A stretch of 60,368 nt of DNA from an uncultured Candidatus Saccharibacteria bacterium. GTDB taxonomy: Bacteria; Patescibacteriota; Saccharimonadia; Saccharimonadales; JAGQNK01. Made by a program: the position numbers and the translations under genes. Under the pieces are notes generated by a model. That model worked only from the letters and a program-made list of their open reading frames with translations. It ran no database searches and was not told the origin of the DNA. The DNA lies in contig CAZWRG010000004.1 of the NCBI GenBank assembly GCA_964636355.1, positions 1-60,368 of the forward strand, given 5' to 3'. This document shows positions 26,685 through 34,928 of the stretch, piece after piece (within the stretch, counting starts at the first letter, position 1; each line of letters starts with the position of its first letter).

Positions 26685-27722
26685 ATGGCTGCTAAGAAAG
26701 AACCGAAGACTGAGGGTGCGCCAGAAGGCAAAGTCAAAGCCTTAAGCCTGGCAATGGATACCATTGAAAAGCAATTTGGCAAAGGCTCAATTATGAAGCT
26801 TGGAGAGGCTCATAAAACAGTGGTCGAGACGATCCCGACCGGCTCTTTAAGTTTGGATATCGCTCTGGGTGGCGGCTTGCCAAAGGGCAGGATCATTGAA
26901 ATTTATGGCCCGGAAAGTTCTGGTAAAACCACGCTTAGTTTGCATGCCATCGCGGCTGTTCAGAAGCAGGGCGGCACAGCCGCGTTTATCGATGCTGAGC
27001 ACGCTCTCGACCCGGCTTATGCCAAGCGGATTGGTGTTGATACCGATAACCTGCTAATTTCGCAGCCAGATAATGGCGAACAGGCTCTGGAGATTGCCGA
27101 GACTTTGGTTCGCTCCAGCGCGGTGGATTTGGTGGTCGTTGACTCAGTGGCCGCCCTGGTGCCGCGAGCTGAAATTGAGGGCGATATGGGTGACAGCCTG
27201 CCCGGACTTCAGGCCAGATTAATGAGCCAGGCGCTTCGTAAGCTGACTGGTGTGATTTCACGTTCTAAAACCACCGTTATTTTTATTAACCAGATTCGTA
27301 TGAAGATTGGGGTGATGTTTGGCAATCCAGAAACCACCACTGGTGGAAACGCCCTAAAGTTTTATGCCAGCGCGCGTATGGACATTCGTCGTATTTCTCA
27401 GATCAAACAAGGCGATGACATCATTGGTAATCGCACACGCGTAAAGGTGGTCAAAAACAAAATCGCGCCGCCATTTAGGGTGGCTGAGTTTGACATTATG
27501 TATAACGAAGGCATCAGCAAGACCGGTGATGTGCTGGATCTAGCAACCGAGCGGGGAATTGTTGAAAAATCCGGCGCTTGGTTTAGTTATAACGATGCCA
27601 AAATTGGTCAAGGCCGCGAAGCCACCAAAACCTATCTAAAAGAAAATCCAAAAGTTCTAGAAGAAATCGAAAAGAAAGTCCGCGAAGCCGAAGCCACAGA
27701 TAGAGCAGAAAAGGAAAAATAA
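26685..27722 (+). CDS. recA: Recombinase RecA
   Basis: [19 protein letters not shown] and [29 protein letters not shown]. Confidence 0.98.
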   Translation: MAAKKEPKTEGAPEGKVKALSLAMDTIEKQFGKGSIMKLGEAHKTVVETIPTGSLSLDIALGGGLPKGRIIEIYGPESSGKTTLSLHAIAAVQKQGGTAAFIDAEHALDPAYAKRIGVDTDNLLISQPDNGEQALEIAETLVRSSAVDLVVVDSVAALVPRAEIEGDMGDSLPGLQARLMSQALRKLTGVISRSKTTVIFINQIRMKIGVMFGNPETTTGGNALKFYASARMDIRRISQIKQGDDIIGNRTRVKVVKNKIAPPFRVAEFDIMYNEGISKTGDVLDLATERGIVEKSGAWFSYNDAKIGQGREATKTYLKENPKVLEEIEKKVREAEATDRAEKEK

Positions 27723-27946
27723 TGCTTGAGAAGCCTGATTTTGAAAGAAATTTTGGTGCTTTTCCTGTAGAAACCTGGGACGCCTTTCAGGCAATAGGTA
27801 GAAAATTGTCTGATATGCCGCCACCTTCCCATGGGCAGAATCCCGAAGATCATGGCGACGGCAGTGGTGACCGCGAACCCCGCAAGCCATTGCCTAGGGC
27901 TCCTCTGTCGGGAGCTGCTGTATTAGAGCTAACGATTACAGATTAG
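27722..27946 (+). CDS. 74-aa hypothetical acidic/Pro-Gly-rich protein wedged between recA and recX
   Basis: Its ATG overlaps the recA stop (TAATG) and it fills most of the recA-recX spacer. I recognise no motif. Confidence 0.3.
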   Translation: MLEKPDFERNFGAFPVETWDAFQAIGRKLSDMPPPSHGQNPEDHGDGSGDREPRKPLPRAPLSGAAVLELTITD

Positions 27947-27953
27947 GTAGATC

Positions 27954-28553
27954 TTGAGAATTACGGCTATCAAACAGCAGGTTAAGCGACAGGATCGTTT
28001 TTCTATTTATGTTGACCAGAAATATTTATTCTCATTTTCGCAAAACGAGCTTTTAAATTCGGGCCTAAAGGTCGGGCAAGAATTAACAGAAGAACAATTA
28101 GACAGCCTAAAAAATTCGGCAGTTATTGACAAGGCTTATGACAGAGCGCTTAATTTAATCTCTCACCGGCCACGGAGCGAGTGGGAAATCCGCGATTATC
28201 TAAAAAGAAAAGACCTAGATAATCCAGAAATAGACGTAGTTATAAATAAGTTACGGGACAGGGGCTATTTGGATGACGCCGATTTTGCTCGGCGCTGGGT
28301 AGCTACCAGGCGGCTTTTAAAATCAACTAGCAAACGCCGGCTGATGCAGGAACTTCGGCAGAAAAGAATTTCTGATGACATAATTAGTCAGGTTATAGAA
28401 GAGGATGAAACTGACGAACGCCAGGTTTTAAGAGAGCTGATAGAGCGAAAGCGCCGCCAAACCAAATACCAAGACAAGCTAAAGCTAATGCAATTTTTAG
28501 CTCGCCAAGGCTACAATTATGATGATATAAAAAGTGTTTTGGAAGAAGACTAG
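27954..28553 (+). CDS. recX: RecA regulator RecX
   Basis: Three-repeat helical protein (DKAYDRALNLISHRPRSEWEIRDYL, RRWVATR). It sits downstream of recA and uses a TTG start. Confidence 0.85.
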   Translation: MRITAIKQQVKRQDRFSIYVDQKYLFSFSQNELLNSGLKVGQELTEEQLDSLKNSAVIDKAYDRALNLISHRPRSEWEIRDYLKRKDLDNPEIDVVINKLRDRGYLDDADFARRWVATRRLLKSTSKRRLMQELRQKRISDDIISQVIEEDETDERQVLRELIERKRRQTKYQDKLKLMQFLARQGYNYDDIKSVLEED

Positions 28554-28709
28554 CCCATTATCCCCACCAACTTCCTCTCTACCTTTTGAGTCAGCAAAAA
28601 ATTATAACATAAAATAACCCATCCTGAGGTCAGACCTCAGGAAACAAACTCGACATGTCCTCGGCAATTACTCGACAAACCAACCTATTAACCATCATCC
28701 GGGTAGCCA

Positions 28710-29012
28710 TAAAGCCTGACCCAACAGTTATGCAGCGACTGTGTCGCTGCACAGTTTAGTCCCAGGCTCTAAAAGCTCCTGATAGACGAGTGTCAAAGCC
28801 ACAATAATAGTCCAAGGACTTGTTTGAAGTTGGAATATGCCAGTAGCATATTCTAACTGAGTTGTTCTTGGCATTGTGGTCTTTGACAATGAGGCTATAA
28901 CGAGCTTTTAGTCGCCTGTCAGTTTTTGGCATACCTTTTTGCTGAATCAAAAAGGTATGAGGGATGGATCCGCTGGAAGCGGGCTACCGAAATGTTTTTG
29001 GTCAAACTCAAT
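28710..29012 (+). ncRNA. rnpB: Highly structured RNA, candidate RNase P RNA
   Basis: The 5' end AAAGCCUGACCCAACAGU resembles E. coli M1 GAAGCUGACCAGACAGU. A P3-like hairpin lies at 28731-28751. UAGUCCCAGGCU (28757-) can pair with GGGCUA (28981-86), leaving a bulged U as in P4. Nested helices are 28769-78/28902-11 and GUCAAAGCCACAAU/AUUGUGGUCUUUGAC. UGACC pairs with GGUCA (28717/29000). There is no credible ORF in the 460-bp gap. Confidence 0.45.
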
Positions 29013-29543
29013 CTAACTGGCCGGGGCTGTAACCGGCGCGCTGCCTTTTGTTGGGGTAGGTGTGAGAATTTCGTTAATAATGATTTTTTTGTTAGTGATC
29101 TCAACGATGTTACTGCGATCAATGCTGAGCTGTCCTGAACTCAGGCTTTTGAGCAGACTTTGCCCGACGTAAAGTTTCTGAATATAAAATGTAGATGATT
29201 CGGCTGCCCAGTCAGTCACTTTGCCAACCTTGGTTTTTCCCACAGTTACCACCTGTTTGCCGACTAGCTGAAAGCCAATTTCCAATGTTTCTTTTAGCCT
29301 GATCAGCTCCTCTGGATCGCTTAAGGCGTCGTGGTCATTAACAACATAGCCTTGCGGCAAAATATCCCTGATATCTTGAGTTAGTAAAATCGGCATTCGT
29401 TTGTCTAACTTATCTTCGCAGTAAAATCCCTCAATTTTGAGATTATTAGGATTAATTACCGGCTCCAAAGCTGTGGCTATTTGGCCGCCGGTTCTTAGCG
29501 ACATAACAGGTCGATTTAGTAAATTCTCTCGTAATTGCAGCAT
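29013..29543 (-). CDS. PRC-barrel domain protein
   Basis: MLQLRENLLNRPVMSLRTGGQIATALEPVINPNNLKIEGFYCED, plus a second PRC-like repeat. The ORF extends to 29615, but that would overlap the tsaE start. Confidence 0.5.
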   Translation of the reverse strand: MLQLRENLLNRPVMSLRTGGQIATALEPVINPNNLKIEGFYCEDKLDKRMPILLTQDIRDILPQGYVVNDHDALSDPEELIRLKETLEIGFQLVGKQVVTVGKTKVGKVTDWAAESSTFYIQKLYVGQSLLKSLSSGQLSIDRSNIVEITNKKIIINEILTPTPTKGSAPVTAPAS

Positions 29544-29603
29544 AATACTAATCAGTATAGCGCACCTTATGGGTGGACATCTGTGAATTAGTCGGTCAAA
29601 ATA

Positions 29604-30065
29604 GTGAAAATGCAAATCCAGACAACAAAGGCTATAGAAACGGAGCAGATCGGCGAAGCGCTGGGCAGAAATCTTCGCGGCGGTGAGGTTATTGAGCTTG
29701 TTGGGGATCTAGGAAGTGGCAAAACTACCTTTACCAGAGGCTTAGCGAGGGGGGTTGGCAGCTTGGATAATGTCTCAAGCCCAACTTTTACAATCAGTAA
29801 AGTCTATAAATCCAAGCCGCTGCAGATTCATCATTTTGATTTATATAGGCTACAGGAGGCCGGGCTTATCGAGCACGAACTGGCTGAAATAGCTGATGAT
29901 GATAATTCGGTTATTGTCGTGGAATGGGCTGAAGTAGCGGCTCATGTTTTGCCCAAAAAGCGGCTAATAATTAATTTTAGTCATACCGGCGAAGATCAGC
30001 GAACCCTAAATTTTTCGTTCTCAAAAAACCTGGAATATCTTGTAAAAAACCTGCCAGGCACCTAG
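29604..30065 (+). CDS. tsaE: tRNA t6A biosynthesis ATPase TsaE
   Basis: GDLGSGKTTFTRGLARG...SPTFT...HFDLYR. The start is GTG 29604 or ATG 29610. Confidence 0.9.
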   Translation: MKMQIQTTKAIETEQIGEALGRNLRGGEVIELVGDLGSGKTTFTRGLARGVGSLDNVSSPTFTISKVYKSKPLQIHHFDLYRLQEAGLIEHELAEIADDDNSVIVVEWAEVAAHVLPKKRLIINFSHTGEDQRTLNFSFSKNLEYLVKNLPGT

Positions 30066-30076
30066 AATCAAGACAA

Positions 30077-30469
30077 ATGTTAATACTGACAATTCGCACT
30101 GATAAACCAGAATCTGAACTGGGTCTTTATGATGGACAGACGCAGCTTAACTATCATAAATGGGCGGCTCATCGGCAGCTGGCAGAAACCATTCACTCCA
30201 AAATTAACGAGCTACTCAAAAATCAGAGCAAACAATTAAGCCAGCTGGAAGGCATTGTTTTTTACAGTGGTCCAGGTAGTTTTACGGGGCTTAGAATTGG
30301 CGCGAGTGTAGCCAATACACTGGCCTATAGTCTGGATGTACCGATTATTGGCACTTCAGGAGATGGTTGGCTAAAAGACGGCACCCAAAAATTACAATCC
30401 GGCCAAAACGATAAAATTATTCTGCCAAAGTACGGCCAACCAGCCGCCACAACCCAGCCCAAGAAATAG
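30077..30469 (+). CDS. tsaB: tRNA t6A biosynthesis protein TsaB, short (130 aa) form
   Basis: SGPGSFTGLRIGASVANTLAYSLDVPIIG. It follows tsaE. Confidence 0.8.
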   Translation: MLILTIRTDKPESELGLYDGQTQLNYHKWAAHRQLAETIHSKINELLKNQSKQLSQLEGIVFYSGPGSFTGLRIGASVANTLAYSLDVPIIGTSGDGWLKDGTQKLQSGQNDKIILPKYGQPAATTQPKK

Positions 30470-30498
30470 GCAGTCCGAGACCAAATTAGTTCATTAGA

Positions 30499-30527
30499 TT
30501 GTCGTGGGCGGTAAAAAACCGTATAAT
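30499..30527 (+). promoter_or_regulatory. Consensus-like sigma-70 promoter about 210 nt upstream of rny
   Basis: TTGTCG, a 17-nt spacer, then TATAAT. Confidence 0.6.
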
Positions 30528-30745
30528 TAAAATTACGAACTTATGCACATCATTTTGGGAGCAAAGTCCGTTACTTATAACATTGATTTTCTGAAGTGTT
30601 AACTAGCGACTAATGAAGACTGTCAAATGCAAAATCCTGAGTGGCGCAGTGAGCAATCAGATTGCATAGCATAAAGATTTTTGTGCGGGATGATAGTGAT
30701 TGTCGCATCAAAACAACACTTTAGACTGATAGAAAGGCAAAAATT

Positions 30746-32260
30746 ATGGATCCAATAACCCTACTGGTGGCAGTGGCGGCTGTGGCTTTTGGTTTTGGCG
30801 CAAACCAGGTCATCACAAAAAACAAAATCGGCTCGGCCGAAGAGGCTGCCGAAAAAGAACTTAAAAAAGCTAAAAAAGAAGCTGATAAGGCCCTCAGCGA
30901 GGCTCGGGAAGAGGCTGCTCAGTTAGCCGAACAGGCTCGAAAAGACGAGGCGGCAAGGCGCAAAGAAATTAAGGAAATTGAACAGCGCTTAATTGATCGT
31001 CAGGAAAGCCTGGATAAAAAGCTCGACGACTTAGATGTTCGGACTGAGAAACTTCGTAAAAGCGAGGCTGAAGTTGAGCAGCTCAAAGATGAAATCCGTG
31101 AAATACGGGTTCGTCAGCAAGAGAAATTAGAGAAAGTCGCCAAGCTTACTAAAACCGAAGCAGCTGAAAAGCTTATGAAAATGACCGAGCGTGACATCAG
31201 AAACGATTTGACTGGCCTGGTTTCTAAACTTCAGACTGAAGCCAAAGATTTGGCCGAGGAGAAGGCTGGAGCGATCATTGTTGAGGCAATGGAGCGAATG
31301 GCCAGCGAAGTTACCGCCGAGCGAACTGTCACCGCGGTTAAATTAGAAGACGAAGAAATGAAAGGCCGCATCATCGGTAAAGAAGGCCGCAATATTCAGG
31401 CCTTGCAGCGCGCTACCGGCGTGGACATTATGGTTGACGACACACCCGGCATGATTATCTTAAGCTCGTTTGATCCGATTCGCCGAGAGATTGCTAGGCA
31501 GGCTCTGGAGATGTTGCTCAAAGACGGTCGTGTTCACCCTGGCCGAATTGAAGAAATCGTTGAAAAAGCTCAAAAGAACGTCGCCAAAGATGTTATGCGA
31601 GCCGGCGAGGATGCAGCCCGTGAGGTTGGCGTAATTGGTATTCCTAAAGAAGTCCTGCAGCTGCTTGGTGAGCTCAAGTTCCGCACCAGTTATGGCCAGA
31701 ATGTTCTAAAACACAGCACTGAAATGGCTCACATTGCTGGAATTATTGCCGAAGAAGTTGGCGCTAATGTAAAAATCGCCAAATACGCGGCGTTGGTTCA
31801 TGATCTTGGCAAGGCACTGACTCACAAAATGGAAGGCAAGCACCATCATATTAGTGGTGAAATGCTGCGTAAATACGGCGCCCCGGAAGAGGTCGCTTTG
31901 GCTGCCGAGCAGCACCATGATGACGTTGAGGCTACTACTACCGAGGCTCTGATTGTTCGAGTGGTTGATGCCATCAGCGCCGCCAGGCCGGGAGCTCGTA
32001 ATATCTCTGCCGAGAACTTTGCAGAGCGCATGAAAGAGCTGGAAAACGTGGCCAATAGTTTTGACGGTATCGAGAAGTCCTATGCCATCAGCGCCGGCCG
32101 TGAAGTTCGAGTGTTTGTGAGGCCTGGTCAAGTAGATGATTTGACGGCTATTAAGCTAGCCCGCGATATCGCCACCAAGATCGAGTCCACCATGCAATAT
32201 CCCGGCACAATCAAGGTGAATGTTATCCGCGAAACCCGCGCTATAGAATTCGCCAAGTAG
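30746..32260 (+). CDS. rny: Ribonuclease Y
   Basis: N-terminal TM helix, a long E/K coiled coil, a KH domain (GRIIGKEGRNIQAL) and an HD domain (LVHDLGK...HH). Confidence 0.97.
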   Translation: MDPITLLVAVAAVAFGFGANQVITKNKIGSAEEAAEKELKKAKKEADKALSEAREEAAQLAEQARKDEAARRKEIKEIEQRLIDRQESLDKKLDDLDVRTEKLRKSEAEVEQLKDEIREIRVRQQEKLEKVAKLTKTEAAEKLMKMTERDIRNDLTGLVSKLQTEAKDLAEEKAGAIIVEAMERMASEVTAERTVTAVKLEDEEMKGRIIGKEGRNIQALQRATGVDIMVDDTPGMIILSSFDPIRREIARQALEMLLKDGRVHPGRIEEIVEKAQKNVAKDVMRAGEDAAREVGVIGIPKEVLQLLGELKFRTSYGQNVLKHSTEMAHIAGIIAEEVGANVKIAKYAALVHDLGKALTHKMEGKHHHISGEMLRKYGAPEEVALAAEQHHDDVEATTTEALIVRVVDAISAARPGARNISAENFAERMKELENVANSFDGIEKSYAISAGREVRVFVRPGQVDDLTAIKLARDIATKIESTMQYPGTIKVNVIRETRAIEFAK

Positions 32261-32266
32261 CAGATC

Positions 32267-32602
32267 ATGAAAAATTCTCTATCTGAAATTCAAAAACAGA
32301 TTGATGATATCCTCCAGGACTATGAAAAGCCTTACTGGAGCCCCTTATCCAATGTCGCTAGATTATCAGAAGAAGTTGGTGAGGTTGCTCGCATAATAAA
32401 TCATCGTTATGGAGATAAGCCTAAGAAAACCTCTGAAGAGGATGATGATTTAGAAGATGAGCTGGCTGATGTTTTATGGACAGTCATTTGTCTTGCTAAC
32501 CAAGAGGGAATTAATCTCGATCGTGGCATTCAAAGAGCAATTGATAAACTGCTGGTAAGAGATAAGAATCGGTTCAAGAAAAAGACCCTAAAAGGCGATT
32601 AG
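32267..32602 (+). CDS. MazG-like nucleotide pyrophosphohydrolase
   Basis: LSEEVGEVARII...ELADVLWTVICLANQEGINL. Confidence 0.8.
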   Translation: MKNSLSEIQKQIDDILQDYEKPYWSPLSNVARLSEEVGEVARIINHRYGDKPKKTSEEDDDLEDELADVLWTVICLANQEGINLDRGIQRAIDKLLVRDKNRFKKKTLKGD

Positions 32603-33258
32603 TTATTGCCAAACGTTGCCATCATGTAGCCAAAGGTTCTTAGTAGTAGTTTTAGAATGTAGAGGCTCAGGGCAACGCCGAGCACCGCGCCAATTAGCCA
32701 CAAAAAAGAATCATATTCAGTGCTGACAGTTGCCCAAAGAACGGCTTTTTTGGAAAGACTTGGCACAATCCAGCCAATGAATAATCCTAAGAAGCCCGCT
32801 AGTCCCACCAGCGCTGCAAAGAAAGCTGTGTAGCGCGAAATGATGCGATGTTTATGGCCTTTCCTGTGTGCTTCGGGCGCCACGTCATCAAGCGAGGCGT
32901 TATCTTCTCTGGCTTGCAGCGCCAAACTTCTGGCCAGCCACACAAACGCGTAGCTGATGCTACCAACTATCATCCAAAAAGCCGAAACTGTCGCTGTGCC
33001 AAGCCCAAGGTTGGCTTGATAAATTATTAGCGTCAGGTTTTCGTCCATCAGCGCCTGGCTGTCCACTGCCTCCAGTCCACTACCTCTGGTAAACAGCTCA
33101 ATAAACACTCGATAATTAAGCGCCGCTAAAACAACCACCGCAATAGTTAGATAAAGTATGACTTCCTCTTTGCTGGGGATTAAAAAGTCTTTGGCCTGCC
33201 CAAAAGTCGACTCATTGTGCGAATAAGTTATAGCCATATTTAAAGCTAGTATAGCCAA
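32599..33258 (-). CDS. Polytopic membrane protein (hypothetical)
   Basis: 219 aa with 4-5 predicted TM helices. I recognise no motif. Confidence 0.4.
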   Translation of the reverse strand: MAILALNMAITYSHNESTFGQAKDFLIPSKEEVILYLTIAVVVLAALNYRVFIELFTRGSGLEAVDSQALMDENLTLIIYQANLGLGTATVSAFWMIVGSISYAFVWLARSLALQAREDNASLDDVAPEAHRKGHKHRIISRYTAFFAALVGLAGFLGLFIGWIVPSLSKKAVLWATVSTEYDSFLWLIGAVLGVALSLYILKLLLRTFGYMMATFGNN

Positions 33259-33326
33259 AATAATTTAGCCAGCAAACAATCATGTCCATGCCTGAGGTGT
33301 AAAAATAGTATAAAATAGAGCGCAAG

Positions 33327-34103
33327 ATGAATATTTTGTATATCGGTGATGTGATGGGGCGGCCGGGGATTGATGTTGTAGCGCAGGTATTGCCAGACCT
33401 TAAAAAGAGTCGGGCAATTGATTTGGTGATTGCTCAGGGCGAAAACGTTACCGAAGGCCGCGGCATGTCGTTTGAGGATATGCAGGAGCTTAGATCATAC
33501 GGAGTAGATTTTTTCACCGGCGGTAATCACAGCTTTTTTAGAGAGAGTGTTTTGGCCGATGAGCATCCTGTGATCCGTCCGGCCAATTACCCAGCAGACA
33601 GTCCGGGCGTTGGACATAAAATAATAAAAAGCGCTAATTGCAGCGTTTTAATGGTGAGCCTGCTAGGCAAGATTGTTGGCAAAGATTCAGAAAAGCCGGT
33701 CAAAAATCCTTTGCAAACCATAGATGAAATTCTTGAAAAGGAAAAAGCAGAGATCACGATTGTGAATTTTCACGGAGATTACAGCAGCGAAAAGCGGGTG
33801 ATTGGGCAGTATTTGGATGGTCGGGCGACGGCCGTGCTGGGTGATCACTGGCATGTACCAACAGCCGATGCCATGATTTTGCCTGGCGGCACGGCTCATA
33901 TGACTGATGTGGGTATGTGTGGCAGTTTACATTCCTCATTAGGTGTAAAAACAGATATCATCGTAAGCCGGTGGAAAGACGGCAAAGTTCGCCGCAACGA
34001 GCTAGAAACCGAGGGAACCATGCAATTTAACGCCGCATTAATTACTGCAAACTCCAGTGGCCTAGCTGATTCAATCGAACACATCCAAATAATTACAGAG
34101 TAG
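33327..34103 (+). CDS. YmdB-like metallophosphoesterase (TIGR00282 family, 2',3'-cyclic-nucleotide phosphodiesterase)
   Basis: MNILYIGDVMGRPG...AQGENVTEGRG...GGNH...NFHGD. Confidence 0.85.
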   Translation: MNILYIGDVMGRPGIDVVAQVLPDLKKSRAIDLVIAQGENVTEGRGMSFEDMQELRSYGVDFFTGGNHSFFRESVLADEHPVIRPANYPADSPGVGHKIIKSANCSVLMVSLLGKIVGKDSEKPVKNPLQTIDEILEKEKAEITIVNFHGDYSSEKRVIGQYLDGRATAVLGDHWHVPTADAMILPGGTAHMTDVGMCGSLHSSLGVKTDIIVSRWKDGKVRRNELETEGTMQFNAALITANSSGLADSIEHIQIITE

Positions 34104-34164
34104 TTTTACTGGATTTTTAGGTCCGAATGGGCTATAATCTCCCTGTTAAATCATTTTATCATCC

Positions 34165-34241
34165 CGGGGATTGGCGCAGTTGGCTAGCGCGCGCGGTTTG
34201 GGACCGCGAGGTCGGAGGTTCGAGTCCTCTATCCCCGACCA
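34165..34241 (+). tRNA. tRNA-Pro(UGG), CCA encoded
   Basis: CGGGGAT/ATCCCCG acceptor, anticodon loop TT-TGG-GA, T-loop TTCGAGT. It is preceded by TATAAT (34133-38) and CCCTGTT. Confidence 0.95.
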
Positions 34242-34250
34242 TTAAAATTT

Positions 34251-34276
34251 ACCTCTGCTTACAGAGGTGTTTTTAT
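34251..34276 (+). terminator. Rho-independent terminator after tRNA-Pro
   Basis: CCTCTG-CTTA-CAGAGG followed by TGTTTTTATTT. Confidence 0.8.
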
Positions 34277-34354
34277 TTATTAGAATGTTGATTGTGCGAC
34301 ATAGATAACGCTACTGCTTGCGTTTTATATGTTAAGTCGCCTATCATTCATGTT

Positions 34355-34885
34355 ATGAGTATAGAGGCAGATAAGAATATTGAGAGATATTCCTATAATA
34401 GATATGACCGTGAAGATGCAAATAGGTTTTGTCTACTCGGTGTAATGGGTTACCAATCTGATGATCCGCAGTTATCAGAAAAACGGGATCAATTATTAAG
34501 AGCACTGCAAGATGAATGGCGATATGATGGTCAAACTAAGCAGGTGCTTGAGTGTACTATGGGCAACTGTGATGTAACGGTAACGGAAGATATTGCACAG
34601 GGTACAAGAAAGCAAGAAGGTAATTGTCTGGCAGCAAACTACTGTATTAAGCAAGCCTTTGAAGCGGTAAAAGGTGACGATGGAGTGGAAGCTGGCAGAG
34701 CACGTTACAGGAAGTTAATGGATACTTGCGAAGGTCATGCAGGTAAATATAGTGCAGGTAATTTTTGTCCCAAAATAGATTGCGGATTATCTGCTGGAGT
34801 GAGTATTGATATGGTTCCTGGAACAGCCGGAGAGTGCATAGTCGAAATTAGAAGCTCGCAAGGAAAATTATTCGACGCCCTTTAG
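34355..34885 (+). CDS. Cys-rich cytoplasmic orphan protein (hypothetical)
   Basis: 176 aa from ATG 34355 (the ORF is open from TTG 34292). It has no signal peptide and 10 Cys, including ECTMGNCDVTV. The gene is AT-richer than its neighbours. Confidence 0.4.
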   Translation: MSIEADKNIERYSYNRYDREDANRFCLLGVMGYQSDDPQLSEKRDQLLRALQDEWRYDGQTKQVLECTMGNCDVTVTEDIAQGTRKQEGNCLAANYCIKQAFEAVKGDDGVEAGRARYRKLMDTCEGHAGKYSAGNFCPKIDCGLSAGVSIDMVPGTAGECIVEIRSSQGKLFDAL

Positions 34886-34928
34886 TATAGCTTGTGCTTA
34901 TTGTCAGAACTGATGATATGATTGCCTG

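Noticed and set aside
27632-27890. Two minus-strand ORFs (73 and 77 aa) across the recA 3' end and the recA-recX spacer.
   Set aside because: They overlap recA antisense and have Arg/Phe/Ser-rich out-of-frame composition. The plus-strand 74-aa ORF, itself only weakly supported, is the better candidate for that spacer.
28728-28739. A tmRNA-like tag end (GTC GCT GCA TAA, ...VAA-stop) on the minus strand.
   Set aside because: It is simply one arm of the palindromic hairpin 28731-28751. No tRNA-like 5'/3' ends (GGGG..., T-arm, ACCA) are present on that strand, and the upstream tag frame contains Cys and no resume alanine context.
28756-29138. Three ORFs of 64-70 aa (28756-28950 minus, 28919-29122 minus, 28926-29138 plus).
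   Set aside because: They lie across the nested helices of the structured RNA or overlap the PRC-barrel gene 3' end. They lack an SD and have odd composition, so they are most likely spurious.
30557-30570. GGGAGCAAAGTCCG in the rny leader resembles RNase P CR-I (GAGGAAAGUCCG).
   Set aside because: There is no complementary CCGGCUU-type P4 partner and no CR-V downstream. The available space of about 190 nt is too small. The 28710-29012 candidate fits better.
31706-32131. Long antisense or alternative-frame ORFs inside confidently called genes. Examples are 336-650, 1882-2091, 2877-3152, 13222-13524, 19469-19789, 23700-23993, 26986-27261, 31706-32131, 37335-37667, 45114-45539, 51477-51813, 55027-55371, 55947-56189, 56839-57096, 59290-59679 and 59775-60050.
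   Set aside because: Each is a shadow of a gene with strong family motifs on the other strand or frame. Their compositions are low-complexity or Arg/Ser/Leu-rich, as expected for out-of-frame reading.
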